Shown piece by piece: positions 48,372 to 57,363 of a stretch of DNA of 57,363 bases. The DNA comes from Armatimonadota bacterium (GTDB taxonomy: Bacteria > Armatimonadota > Hebobacteria > CAIYQO01). The DNA is taken from the NCBI GenBank assembly GCA_038248345.1, contig JBBRXO010000007.1, positions 1-57,363 on the forward strand, in the 5' to 3' direction. The stretch's first letter is position 1. Every line of letters starts with the position of its first letter. The position numbers and the translations under genes are program-made. Under the pieces are notes generated by a model, which saw only the letters and a list, made by a program, of their open reading frames with translations, was not told the origin of the DNA and ran no database searches.

Positions 48372-50330
48372 TCACTCCCCGACCACAAAGACCACCGCGT
48401 CATTCTTCGGCAGTTGCGTTACAATATTCTGGGCAGTGGTGGTGAATTCGCCGCGGTAGGTGGTTTTCAGGCTCCACCCGGCGTGCAGGGTGAAGGTTTC
48501 GGTTATTGGCTCCGGCGATTCGTTGATGGCGATGATCAGGCGTGCGCCATCCGCCATGTCGTGCTCGGTGATGGCCACCAGCGGGTTCGTTTTGCGCACG
48601 GCGCGTGTCGCCAACACCCCCTGGGCGATCTCCTGGTAGACCCGCCAGCTGGGCAGTGCGTCCGCGCTATGGAATACGCCGGGGGTTTGCGCCAGGGTGA
48701 GTTCCAGCGGGCTGTTGAGGAAATATACCTTCCCCGCCCCATAGCTGGCGACGCTGAATGCCGGGTTGCCGTCCACTTCATGCCCGAGTACGGTGGCTCC
48801 CACGGCGCGCAGATTCACCTTGCTGCTGCCGCCTTGCGGTATTTGTGGCGCATCGTTTAGCCTCTCCAGGGTGAGGGGAGAGAAGTCGCGCCGCCGCTCG
48901 CGCGTTTGCGGTTCCAACCCGATCACTTTGGCGAAGTCGGGCAATAGCGCATCATTGAGCGAGATGTAGAGGGTAGCGCCGCGCTCAACGCGTGCCAGCA
49001 GTTCCCGCCACTGGCTTTGCCAGACATTCATCGTGCCGCAGACGTTGGGTAGCAGATATAGCTCCGCCTCCGGCAAAGACTGCCCGTGATAACAGAAGGT
49101 CAAATCGAACCCCGCCTGCTTTGCCAGGATGAAGCTGCTGAATGCGGTACCCCACTGATCCTGACTCTGGCTGAGGAGACAGACAGCCTCGGTGCGCCGT
49201 GCGGGCAGGTTGGTGAAGGGCAGCGTCTCCAGAAAATGCCGGAATTCCCCAAAGCTTTCCATCGCCGGCTTGGAGCTGCCATCGGTACGCAGCAGCCCCA
49301 GCTCGCGTTCCAGGGCGGTCCACTCGTACGGGGGGTGAACTAGCTCGGTCTGCTCGTGGGCGCACCACCAGAGCATACCGTGGCAATCATGCGCCCAGAG
49401 CGAGAAGAGGCAGGTGCGGGCGAAGTCGGCGGCAATTGCCTCGCTGGCATTCACCGGCCCTAGCGTGCCTGTTTCCTGGCAGAAGCAAGGTTTCCCGCCC
49501 AGATCAGCGTAGAGACGTGATTCGGCGGTGCCGTGCATGAGCGTGCGGATAGTATTTATCGGGTCTTGATCGCAATGCGGCGTGAAGAGCGGGTAGGGAT
49601 GGGTGGTGAGCAGGTCAGTCAGCTCTCCCTGATCCTGCATGCGCCAGTTCCCCTCTGGCGTCAGGCTGTGCATACCGGAGATAACCGGTCGGATCGGATC
49701 AGCCACGTGGATAGTATTGGCGATGGTGGCCGCCCATAGGTACGCTTGCTCGCGGGTGGTCTCACCCATGCAATTGCACTCGTTACCCAGATCCCAGCCG
49801 ATAATCGCCGGGTGGTCGCGGAAATTGCTGACGAACTCCCGCACGAAACGAATTTCCCATTGGATGGCCAGCGGATCAGTCAGCGGATTCAACCCCTCCA
49901 GCGCTGGCGGTAAATATAAACGCCCGCTCATCCAACCGGTGAGCAAACCTATGATGAACTTCAGCTCATATTTTGCGGCCAGGTCAAGGAACGCGGCGAA
50001 GTGCGCTATCGCCGCTGCGGAGATTCCCGCCTGCCCCCAGTTATCAGTCGGCAGCGGGGTATCGCCAAAGCTGAACTCTACCAGTCGGCCATTAGCGGTG
50101 CGGCTGGCGGTGATCGGCTGAAAATCAGGCCACAACGGAAATACGCGCAATAATTGCATACCGGCCGCCGCCAACCGCTGGAAGTCCTGCTCCACCACCG
50201 CGGGTTGCCAGTCGCGCCACATATTAGTCCCGGCGTGTGAGGCCCAATAATTACACCCGATCACGAAGGTGCCCGGGGTGGTGAGTGTCGCCGAGGTTAA
50301 CGGCGTCTGGCTAGAGAATTTATCGGTCAT
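48372..50330 (-). CDS. Clan GH-A glycoside hydrolase (GH5 beta-mannanase / GH42-like)
   Basis: GCNYWASHAG, RVFPLWPDFQP, GWMSG, WDLGNE (acid/base), THPYP, QETG (nucleophile), WWC. Confidence 0.85.
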   Translation of the reverse strand: MTDKFSSQTPLTSATLTTPGTFVIGCNYWASHAGTNMWRDWQPAVVEQDFQRLAAAGMQLLRVFPLWPDFQPITASRTANGRLVEFSFGDTPLPTDNWGQAGISAAAIAHFAAFLDLAAKYELKFIIGLLTGWMSGRLYLPPALEGLNPLTDPLAIQWEIRFVREFVSNFRDHPAIIGWDLGNECNCMGETTREQAYLWAATIANTIHVADPIRPVISGMHSLTPEGNWRMQDQGELTDLLTTHPYPLFTPHCDQDPINTIRTLMHGTAESRLYADLGGKPCFCQETGTLGPVNASEAIAADFARTCLFSLWAHDCHGMLWWCAHEQTELVHPPYEWTALERELGLLRTDGSSKPAMESFGEFRHFLETLPFTNLPARRTEAVCLLSQSQDQWGTAFSSFILAKQAGFDLTFCYHGQSLPEAELYLLPNVCGTMNVWQSQWRELLARVERGATLYISLNDALLPDFAKVIGLEPQTRERRRDFSPLTLERLNDAPQIPQGGSSKVNLRAVGATVLGHEVDGNPAFSVASYGAGKVYFLNSPLELTLAQTPGVFHSADALPSWRVYQEIAQGVLATRAVRKTNPLVAITEHDMADGARLIIAINESPEPITETFTLHAGWSLKTTYRGEFTTTAQNIVTQLPKNDAVVFVVGE

Positions 50331-50359
50331 CTTATACTCCCCAATTAATCCGAAGGTTA

Positions 50360-51379
50360 TTACCAAGTTTGCCCGGTGAAGGCATCCAGAATCGCAACTG
50401 CATTTTCAACAGGAGTTTCTGATTGTAGTGGTTTGGCGGGGGCCATGATATAGCCGCCCCCTTCGCCCATTTCGCGCGCCAGGCGCTGAATCTCCGCCGT
50501 CACCTCGGTGGTCGTGCCAAAGGGGATGGTGCTCTGGCTGCCGAGCGCACCCCAGAAGGTGATCTTATCGCCAAAGCGCTTTTTGAGTTCGTAGGGATTC
50601 ATCTTGGCGGCTTCTGGCTGTACACTTTCCAGCACATCCAGACCAATCTCGATGAGGTCCGGGATGATCTCGGTTACTGAGCCGCAGGAATGACTCATGA
50701 CGACTTTACCATGGGCGTGGACAGCCGCGTAGATACGCGCCCAACGTGGTTTAAGCAAGGTACGCCAGCGCTCCGGGCCAATGATAATGCCCCGCTGGTC
50801 TCCCCAATCATCGCCGAACAGGATACCGTCAATGGGCAGGTCAGCAGTATATTCCACAAAGGCAATATAGAGGTCGGTGAGCTTATCGAGCATCTCCTCG
50901 ACGAACTCCGGTTCGGCGACGACATCCATCAACAGATTCTCGAAGCCGCGCAGGTTCCAGCTACGCTCGAATAGTCCCCAACCGAGACCACCGATGATAA
51001 AGGAATCTGGATTATTGGCGCAGGTAATGCGGGCTTTCTCTTTCATCTCCGGACGGTAGAATACCTCCGGCTTAGGGAAAACATAATCCCCCCACTCGGC
51101 CTCTGCCAGCGGCGGGGTCTCCAGATGGAACGGGAGTCGATCTGCGCGCCAGATGCCGCCGTAAGAGTCGCGATAATGCGTGTCGCTAATAGGCGTGCTA
51201 GCATCGGTATCCACAGCTCTTACCACAACTGTATAGGGGGTAATACGCTCATTCCAGGCAGTTCCCTGATAATGATCGTTCAGCCGCTCGCAGATGACGT
51301 CTTCCATCGCCAAGGTGTACGGGACAGGACGCACAGTACGATGCGCCAGCACTTCATAAATAGCTTCGCGAGGTGTCAT
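50360..51379 (-). CDS. URO-D / methylcobamide methyltransferase family protein
   Basis: LFERSWNLRGFENLL, GDDWGDQRG, HSCG, LIEIGLDVL..QPEA, GGGYIMAP. Confidence 0.88.
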   Translation of the reverse strand: MTPREAIYEVLAHRTVRPVPYTLAMEDVICERLNDHYQGTAWNERITPYTVVVRAVDTDASTPISDTHYRDSYGGIWRADRLPFHLETPPLAEAEWGDYVFPKPEVFYRPEMKEKARITCANNPDSFIIGGLGWGLFERSWNLRGFENLLMDVVAEPEFVEEMLDKLTDLYIAFVEYTADLPIDGILFGDDWGDQRGIIIGPERWRTLLKPRWARIYAAVHAHGKVVMSHSCGSVTEIIPDLIEIGLDVLESVQPEAAKMNPYELKKRFGDKITFWGALGSQSTIPFGTTTEVTAEIQRLAREMGEGGGYIMAPAKPLQSETPVENAVAILDAFTGQTW

Positions 51380-51476
51380 GGCAGAAAGCCTCCTAATTTT
51401 TGATACAATACCATGATTAGGAGATTGTGAAAATAGGTTGAGGTGTTATGTAACATGATCCGTTCAGATAGTTTGC

Positions 51477-51682
51477 GGCTTAAGACACCAGACCTGGGGC
51501 GTTGCCCCAGGCTATCGAATATTTGCCCTTCAGGCAAAGTTCGTCCCAATATTTTTCTATTGATAGCCTCAAAACAGGCATGTTTTGCACAATATACCAT
51601 TCCATTATGATTGCCTGAAGGGCAATCATTCGGTAGCCTAGGGTAACGCCCTAGAAACTGATTGGATGCGAAACATCAAGCC
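51477..51682. repeat. REPIN-like inverted doublet
   Basis: Arms CTGGGGCGTTGCCCCAGGCTATCGAAT..TTGCCCTTCAGGCAA and an inverted copy with compensatory change CTAGGG..CCCTAG. Confidence 0.8.
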
Positions 51683-51825
51683 TAAGGGTTTTGCAATTAC
51701 CTCAATGCTGACAACTCTAAACAGTTACTCTGAATGATTGCGCTGTTATCCCTCACTGGCTTATACTATCTATTATTCACAGTGGGGATGAAAATATTGT
51801 ATAGTATCGAAGGCGTTAGCCTTGG

Positions 51826-51876
51826 TCGACCTACCCCCAGCCCCTTCCCTCGCTGGTAAGGGGCTGGGGGTAGGTC
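51826..51876. repeat. REP-like family D palindrome (ACCTACCCCC.GCCCCTTCCC..AAGGGG)
   Basis: Related copies at about 6255 and 53180. Confidence 0.65.
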
Positions 51877-52015
51877 AAACCAATGGGCAAAGCGTACGCA
51901 AAATATATTTTCTTATGAGGTAAGTGCAACATCTCTTTTTCGCTGGGATTGAAATCCTCAGCGCGATAATTGGGTTTTGTAATTACCTTCACAGTAGCTG
52001 ATATAGGTGGCAATC

Positions 52016-52552
52016 ATGGCGAGTAATATAGAACAGCAATATACCAACCGAAAACTGAGCATTACCGTGCCTTCACTGATAATTATAGCGATGCTGGCGT
52101 CGCTGGTGTTGGCCTATTTTTATTATTTCCGCGCCCAGTGGGTGCCGCTGCCGAAGAATGAATACCAGGCGATAATAAATCCACCACCCGCCCCGTTGCA
52201 AGAGAGCTTGCCGGTGCTGGTGCCGGCCTCCGCAACACTGGCGGCGCCAAGCGCCAGTGCGACGATCTCCTCGGCAACTAGTTCCGCTCCGGTGAAGGCC
52301 AGAGTGAAGAGTGCAGAGACGACGAAAACGAAGAGCAGCGCTAAAACACCGGCGAAGTCCACCGCCACAACCAAAAGTAAGCCGACGACAGATAAGAATA
52401 CCACATCGACGAAAACACCGAGTAAGACGTCCGCTACTGCCAAACCGACGACAAAAACGACGGCTACTGGGAAGAGTAGTACGGTGAATAAGACGCCCGT
52501 AAAGCGCCCCGCCGCCACGAAGACGATTGCAGAGCCCCGTGCACACCAGTAG
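52016..52552 (+). CDS. Hypothetical single-TM protein with a Lys/Thr/Ser-rich low-complexity tail
   Basis: TM IIIAMLASLVLAYFYYF; overlaps the mpg start. Confidence 0.65.
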   Translation: MASNIEQQYTNRKLSITVPSLIIIAMLASLVLAYFYYFRAQWVPLPKNEYQAIINPPPAPLQESLPVLVPASATLAAPSASATISSATSSAPVKARVKSAETTKTKSSAKTPAKSTATTKSKPTTDKNTTSTKTPSKTSATAKPTTKTTATGKSSTVNKTPVKRPAATKTIAEPRAHQ

Positions 52553-53150
52553 TTTTTCGTTGGATTTCTTTCTGCAGCCCGCGACAACGGTGGCGCACCA
52601 GTTGCTGGGGGCAGTTATCGAGCGGGAATTACCCGATGGGCAAATTCTGCGTGGGCAAATTGTAGAGACCGAAGCTTATGGACAGGCAGACCCAGCCTGC
52701 CATAGTGTGCGTGAGCTGCCGGACGGTGGCACAGAGCACCGCCGCACAGCGCGCAATGCCAGTATGTTTGGCCCACCGGGCCGCGCCTACGTATATTTCA
52801 CCTACGGCAACCACTTCATGCTCAACATCGTCACCCAGCCGGAAGGCGTACCGGAGGCAGTGCTCATCCGCGCGCTGCAACCGTTGGATGGCCTGCCGGA
52901 GATGATGGCGCGACGCGGTTCCGCTAACACACGTGCCTTGTTAAGTGGCCCGGGCAAGATCTGCCAGGCGCTGGGCATAAATCGGGAATTGGACGGACAT
53001 GACCTGACGCTTGCACCCTTGAAGTTAATCCCCGCCACACCACTTGCGGACGCTGATATTATAACCACCACTCGCATCGGCATCACCCGCGCGGCCGACC
53101 TGCCCTGGCGGTTTTATGAACGTAATAGCGTATGGATATCACGAAAGTAG
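52527..53150 (+). CDS. mpg: 3-methyladenine DNA glycosylase (AAG/MPG family)
   Basis: IVETEAY, MFGPPG.AYVYFTYG.H..LNIV, AVLIRA, GPGK.CQALGI, RIGI..PWRFY. Confidence 0.95.
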   Translation: MQSPVHTSSFSLDFFLQPATTVAHQLLGAVIERELPDGQILRGQIVETEAYGQADPACHSVRELPDGGTEHRRTARNASMFGPPGRAYVYFTYGNHFMLNIVTQPEGVPEAVLIRALQPLDGLPEMMARRGSANTRALLSGPGKICQALGINRELDGHDLTLAPLKLIPATPLADADIITTTRIGITRAADLPWRFYERNSVWISRK

Positions 53151-53272
53151 GTAACAGCTCAGAGTTTTCAGCCTTAGACCGATCTAACCCCTGCCCCTTC
53201 CCTCACATTTGGCGAACTCACGATCTACGACAGGAAGGGGAAGGTCTGGGATTAGTTCCTTTAAAGGTTTAT

Positions 53273-53585
53273 GCTGGGATTGTAATCCCGGCTGCAGGGC
53301 GCTTCCTCCTTCGCCATCCTGGCTACGGCGGACGAGTCGCGCCGGTCGTCCTCCTTCGCGGACTTGTCTGGATTGAATAATACTGTCCTTCAGCGTGGTT
53401 GACCTTACATTGTAGCCCGCGCCCGCTGTGGCGCGTATTTGCTTACAACGGCGCGCCTACGGGATTACAACGGCGCCTACGGGATTACAACGGCGCGCCT
53501 ACGGGCTTACAACGGCGCGCCTACGGGCTTACAACGGCGCGCCTACGGGATTACAACGGCGCGCCACGGCGGGCGCGGGCTACAA
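53273..53585. repeat. Family A element plus a family E REPIN with an internal 22-bp tandem array
   Basis: IR arms at 53410-53435 and 53560-53585 enclose about 5.5 copies of TTACAACGGCGCGCCTACGGG(A/C). Confidence 0.9.
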
Positions 53586-53744
53586 CTCCTGGGAACGCCA
53601 ATATCCGCATTGCCCCGTCCCCCTCGATCGAAAGATTATGCTGGGATTGCATTACCTCTGCTTCATTGTTTTTCGCGCCTACCCCTGTACGTTTTTCGTT
53701 TTTCGCTATATCCTTATATCATTGCGAAATAAGGAGCGTTTTTG

Positions 53745-56700
53745 ATGTCACATCTGTTGCGTGGTTTCGTCGTTTTTCTGTTGTTTGCTGGTTTGTCGTT
53801 GGTGGTTGCTGCGGCAACGCCCACTACCCTGAAGGTGGTAGATCTGCGCTATGGTGCGTATGATATGGACTATTATGCCTGGGTAGGGTGTCTGCAGGGG
53901 ATTGTGAATCGTGCCGATGGCGAGGCAGCGGTTTTCCTCATCACCAATGAGGAAGATGCCGCCTGGGCGGATGAGTTGGTACGTAGCTACGGATTGACGC
54001 GGCAACTAATGACCGCGCGGGCGCTGCTGGACGAGATGCTGCCGCAACTGAATGGTGTGGTGCTCTACGATGGCGAGAAACCGTGGGAGCGCAATGTTGC
54101 GTTGACCATGGCAGCCGCGGCCGCAGGCAATGTACTGGTGAAGGCGAAAGTGGCCACCGAGCCGAACACGGAATTGGAAGTGATGTTCGACACGCAAGCC
54201 CTGCTCTGGCCCGACCGCGTAGAGGCCTACGCCTGGGAAACCAGAGAATATACCGGCAAAACGGAAGCCAATCTTGTTGCGCTGGCGCCGGAGAGCGGCA
54301 ATATGCTGGCTGACCTGATTGTCGCGCGAAGACTGATGGCAGTTGACTACAACCCGGCAGTGCCGGAAGAGGCCGAGGGCTTAAGTGTACTGGCGAAGAG
54401 CCTCTTCACTTTCTCTACCATTATCGGCAATTTGGACGATCGATGCGTAAATGTCGAGCAGAATATCTCCGCCGAGAAAGCGGCAATAGCGCTGACCACT
54501 ATCCTCGGTAACATCGGTGTGCGTTACCAGCCAGCGCGCAATATCGCCAACCTCTCCTGTTATGCGCGCTTCCCGGCCACTCGTATCCTGATGCAGGGGC
54601 GTGGCGATCTCGATTTCGACCCCGGACGCAAGCTACTCATGTTCGTCTACGACACACCAGCGCACCAACTCAACGGTAGTTCCTTAAGCACCGATGCGCG
54701 CTCGCTTGATTCAGTCATGGACTTGCGTAGATTACTCGATGACCCGACAATGAATGACGTACCGGTGGGGGTACAAATTCCTTTAGCGCTCTTCGATTAC
54801 GCGCCGGTTATCTACCAACGGCTACTGGCGCGGCAACGGCTGGGCGCCTTTGAGTTCCTCGCTTCTCCTGGCGGTGTGGGCTGGCTGGCGCCGTATCAGG
54901 TAGTAGACCCGGCTAATTTATACCAGGATGCCGCCAAAAATGCGCGCGCTATGGATATAAACGGGGCTACCCTGCGCGAGGTAGATGACCAGACGAAATA
55001 CACCCCCATATTGAAAAATCTGCAGCAATATGGCTGGCGGGGCAGCGTGCTGCGCCCCGAAGAACGGTATCTGCAGGACGGTACCCCGCGCTCCGGCACC
55101 CTGCTCCCGGATTTTACCGGTGCGGTGGCCGTCGGGCGTGTCCACAGTATTGCGGAGTTGCGCAAATTGTTAGCGGATAACGCCTCCGCGCCGCTGGTAG
55201 TCGTTTATACATCTCCGGGCGATGTGCCGCCGAGTGCATTGCGCTCGCTCCTCCCTGCCGTTGCCGGGCGCACCATCGCTGCGCCGTCGATGGCCTTCCG
55301 TACCATGACGGAGTGGGTAGCAGTCAACAACGCCTTCAAAGCACAGCGCGAAGCCGGGATCAAGGAGCCAGTACGTGTGGCCTCGGTGACGCAATTAACC
55401 GCCCCCACCGTCACCAGTGCACTCGTCAATGATAAACCGCTGACCGTAATGGTGAATATCATCGGTGAACCCGCACTGCTCTCGGCCACGTTAATGTATA
55501 TCTCTACCACCGGCAAACTGGGCTCGGTAGATCTACGTAACTCCGGCACCGGTGTGTGGACGGGCAAAATCCCCCCCATGCTCACTGGAGGTACCCTGCG
55601 CATGACGGCGCGTATTGTAGAAAAGGGTACCGCTGCTGTGAATTTCTCCCCCGAAGGGAAGGTCACTATCCCGCATATTGATGCCGACAACGATGGTGCC
55701 GATGACACGATGGAGATGTACTCCGGCAGTGACCCGCACAAGTGGGATACCGATGAAGACGGATTGCCGGATGGACTTGATCCGCACCCGACTATCCCAG
55801 ACCGTGACGTGGTGACGCTTAGCACCCCGGTAGCGCCGCCACTGGATGCACCCTACCTTGCCGCTGTTGGCGCCTCCACCATCACCGGCCCCGGCAGGCA
55901 TATTCCAGAAGGGACGGAGATGGTCTATCGCCTCCCGCTCAAGGGTGTGCCCGTCTCTCCGTGCGCTATCCGTATCGTCACCAGTGGCATGGGCACTGCC
56001 AAGGTTATGGGCAATCCCACAGGGGCAATAACACTGAACACAAGCGGATATGGCACCATGTATACAGACATCCCCGTTGCAGCGGAACTCATTGTCGGAG
56101 ATGCGCTGCTGGTGACATTGAAAGCGGGCGACCTGCCACTCGACGTAATATCGCTGGCGCTCACCAGCAACCCGGACGGGCCGTTTATGTTCCCGGTAGA
56201 GATATCTGCCGACCAGGTGCCCGCCAACGTACCACTGCCAGTGCGGGTGAAGATCTATAGTCCAGCAGGCATCAAGTCTGTTTTCCTCCAATATGGATCC
56301 TCTACAAAAGAGATGACGAAACTGGAGATGAAACCGATTGCGGGTATGGGCGGCGTCTATTATTCCGCACCGCTCCCCGCGCAGCCAGACGGTGAGATGC
56401 AACTCATCGGCGTTATTGCCGAAGATAAAGCTGGCCACACCAGTGCTGGCCCCTTCCGCATGGTCACCTTTGGCCGCAACACCCATTACAGTGTGGCGCT
56501 GGCGGGCGGTACTGACCTCACCGGATCATGGACAACCACCCCCACCTGGGGCAACATGGGGCGTTCGCTCAGTGGCGCTCAACCGGGGACTGATTCCGGT
56601 AGCGTCATTCTGCGACCGGGTACCTACCACGTATGGCTCCTAGCTGCCGCACGCGAACGCGGCGTTGCCGTGAAGGTAGAGGATAAAGAGAAGAAGAAGC

Positions 56701-57203
56701 TGCTCTCCCTGGGCGTCCGCGGCGGCATCGCCGATGGTTGGTATCGCCTGGGCGACTTCGACATCAATGAGCTGATGAAGGTAGATGTAACCGTTACCCC
56801 CTTCGGCCCCAAAGGCTATGCCGCCTACGGCGAGGTAGTCATTACTGCAGACGACGGCTTCCTGCCCGGTACACCCAACGCCACCGTGATGTGGATGAAC
56901 GCTCTCACCCTGCGTGGCGTACATAATGGGGATACGGTGAAGGATACCATCACCGTAGAACTCCTTGCCACCGGCAATATCGACAGCCTGGGGGTAGCGA
57001 TGCTGCAGACCGGCGGCACTTTCCTTAGCTCCGTCAGCTACCCCTTCCAGCAGATCGACGACACCCACTATGAGCTGGATATCAAAAAAATCCCCCCCGG
57101 TAACTATGCCATCACCGGCACCGGCTACCGCGAACTGGAGGACGGCCGCAATACCGTGAAAGACCCGATAATTACGGTGACGGTTAATGTGAAGATTAAA
57201 TGA
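53745..57203 (+). CDS. Large secreted protein with a GxGYxYP-like N-terminal region, Asp-rich Ca-binding repeats and Ig-like domains
   Basis: Signal peptide, LQGIVNR, SPGGVGWLAP, DADNDGADD..DTDEDGLPDG; AAGGAG RBS. Confidence 0.7.
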   Translation: MSHLLRGFVVFLLFAGLSLVVAAATPTTLKVVDLRYGAYDMDYYAWVGCLQGIVNRADGEAAVFLITNEEDAAWADELVRSYGLTRQLMTARALLDEMLPQLNGVVLYDGEKPWERNVALTMAAAAAGNVLVKAKVATEPNTELEVMFDTQALLWPDRVEAYAWETREYTGKTEANLVALAPESGNMLADLIVARRLMAVDYNPAVPEEAEGLSVLAKSLFTFSTIIGNLDDRCVNVEQNISAEKAAIALTTILGNIGVRYQPARNIANLSCYARFPATRILMQGRGDLDFDPGRKLLMFVYDTPAHQLNGSSLSTDARSLDSVMDLRRLLDDPTMNDVPVGVQIPLALFDYAPVIYQRLLARQRLGAFEFLASPGGVGWLAPYQVVDPANLYQDAAKNARAMDINGATLREVDDQTKYTPILKNLQQYGWRGSVLRPEERYLQDGTPRSGTLLPDFTGAVAVGRVHSIAELRKLLADNASAPLVVVYTSPGDVPPSALRSLLPAVAGRTIAAPSMAFRTMTEWVAVNNAFKAQREAGIKEPVRVASVTQLTAPTVTSALVNDKPLTVMVNIIGEPALLSATLMYISTTGKLGSVDLRNSGTGVWTGKIPPMLTGGTLRMTARIVEKGTAAVNFSPEGKVTIPHIDADNDGADDTMEMYSGSDPHKWDTDEDGLPDGLDPHPTIPDRDVVTLSTPVAPPLDAPYLAAVGASTITGPGRHIPEGTEMVYRLPLKGVPVSPCAIRIVTSGMGTAKVMGNPTGAITLNTSGYGTMYTDIPVAAELIVGDALLVTLKAGDLPLDVISLALTSNPDGPFMFPVEISADQVPANVPLPVRVKIYSPAGIKSVFLQYGSSTKEMTKLEMKPIAGMGGVYYSAPLPAQPDGEMQLIGVIAEDKAGHTSAGPFRMVTFGRNTHYSVALAGGTDLTGSWTTTPTWGNMGRSLSGAQPGTDSGSVILRPGTYHVWLLAAARERGVAVKVEDKEKKKLLSLGVRGGIADGWYRLGDFDINELMKVDVTVTPFGPKGYAAYGEVVITADDGFLPGTPNATVMWMNALTLRGVHNGDTVKDTITVELLATGNIDSLGVAMLQTGGTFLSSVSYPFQQIDDTHYELDIKKIPPGNYAITGTGYRELEDGRNTVKDPIITVTVNVKIK

Positions 57204-57220
57204 GGGTGGGGTGGGGCCAA

Positions 57221-57363
57221 TCGTAGCATGGGCGTCCCGCCCATGAGAACGAGGTTGCAATTCATAGCACCACGCGCCGAATTGAATGGTAGTGCCTTAA
57301 GCGTGCTTGATCTTACATTGTAGCCCGCGCCCGCTGTGGCGCGCGTGGTGTAAGCACATACGA
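57221..57363. repeat. REP-like family C element and family E arm, truncated by the window end
   Basis: GTAGCATGGGCGTCCCGCCCATG and TTGTAGCCCGCGCCCGCTGTGGCGCG. Confidence 0.8.

Noticed and set aside
53443..53565. Tandem 22-bp repeats as a CRISPR array
   Set aside because: Units are contiguous with no unique spacers and there are no cas genes; it is a minisatellite.
53399..53863. Overlapping repetitive ORFs in three frames (similar ORFs at 13289, 26582, 46401-46692 and 48070-48352)
   Set aside because: Translations of REP and tandem-repeat DNA.

Overview
Bacterial chromosomal window of moderately high GC, probably from an anaerobic or facultative carbohydrate degrader. An Armatimonadota/PVC-like lineage is a guess from gene content only. 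Housekeeping genes (ruvCA, a class B PBP, gdhA, eno, murJ, murD, tRNA-Phe, nrdR-nrdJ, hydE, mpg) are interleaved with carbohydrate genes (GH2, GH31, GH5/42-like, two URO-D-family proteins, two giant secreted proteins), a two-component system and an ECF sigma cluster. IS256-like and IS66 remnants sit at the left edge, and intergenic regions are crowded with several families of REP/REPIN-like palindromes. Best leads: (1) a DeoR-regulated operon encoding a sedoheptulokinase-like kinase, a divergent glycyl-radical enzyme (GCQE Cys loop, RIHGT Gly loop), its activase and a phosphomannose-isomerase-like cupin, a candidate undescribed radical sugar-phosphate pathway; (2) an unrecognised, highly structured ~200-nt intergenic element at 35.05-35.26 kb; (3) a gdhA / lone nfnA / His-domain-less PEP-synthase-like locus; (4) an in-frame TAG in murD. 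All calls come from motif recognition by eye; no database searches were run.
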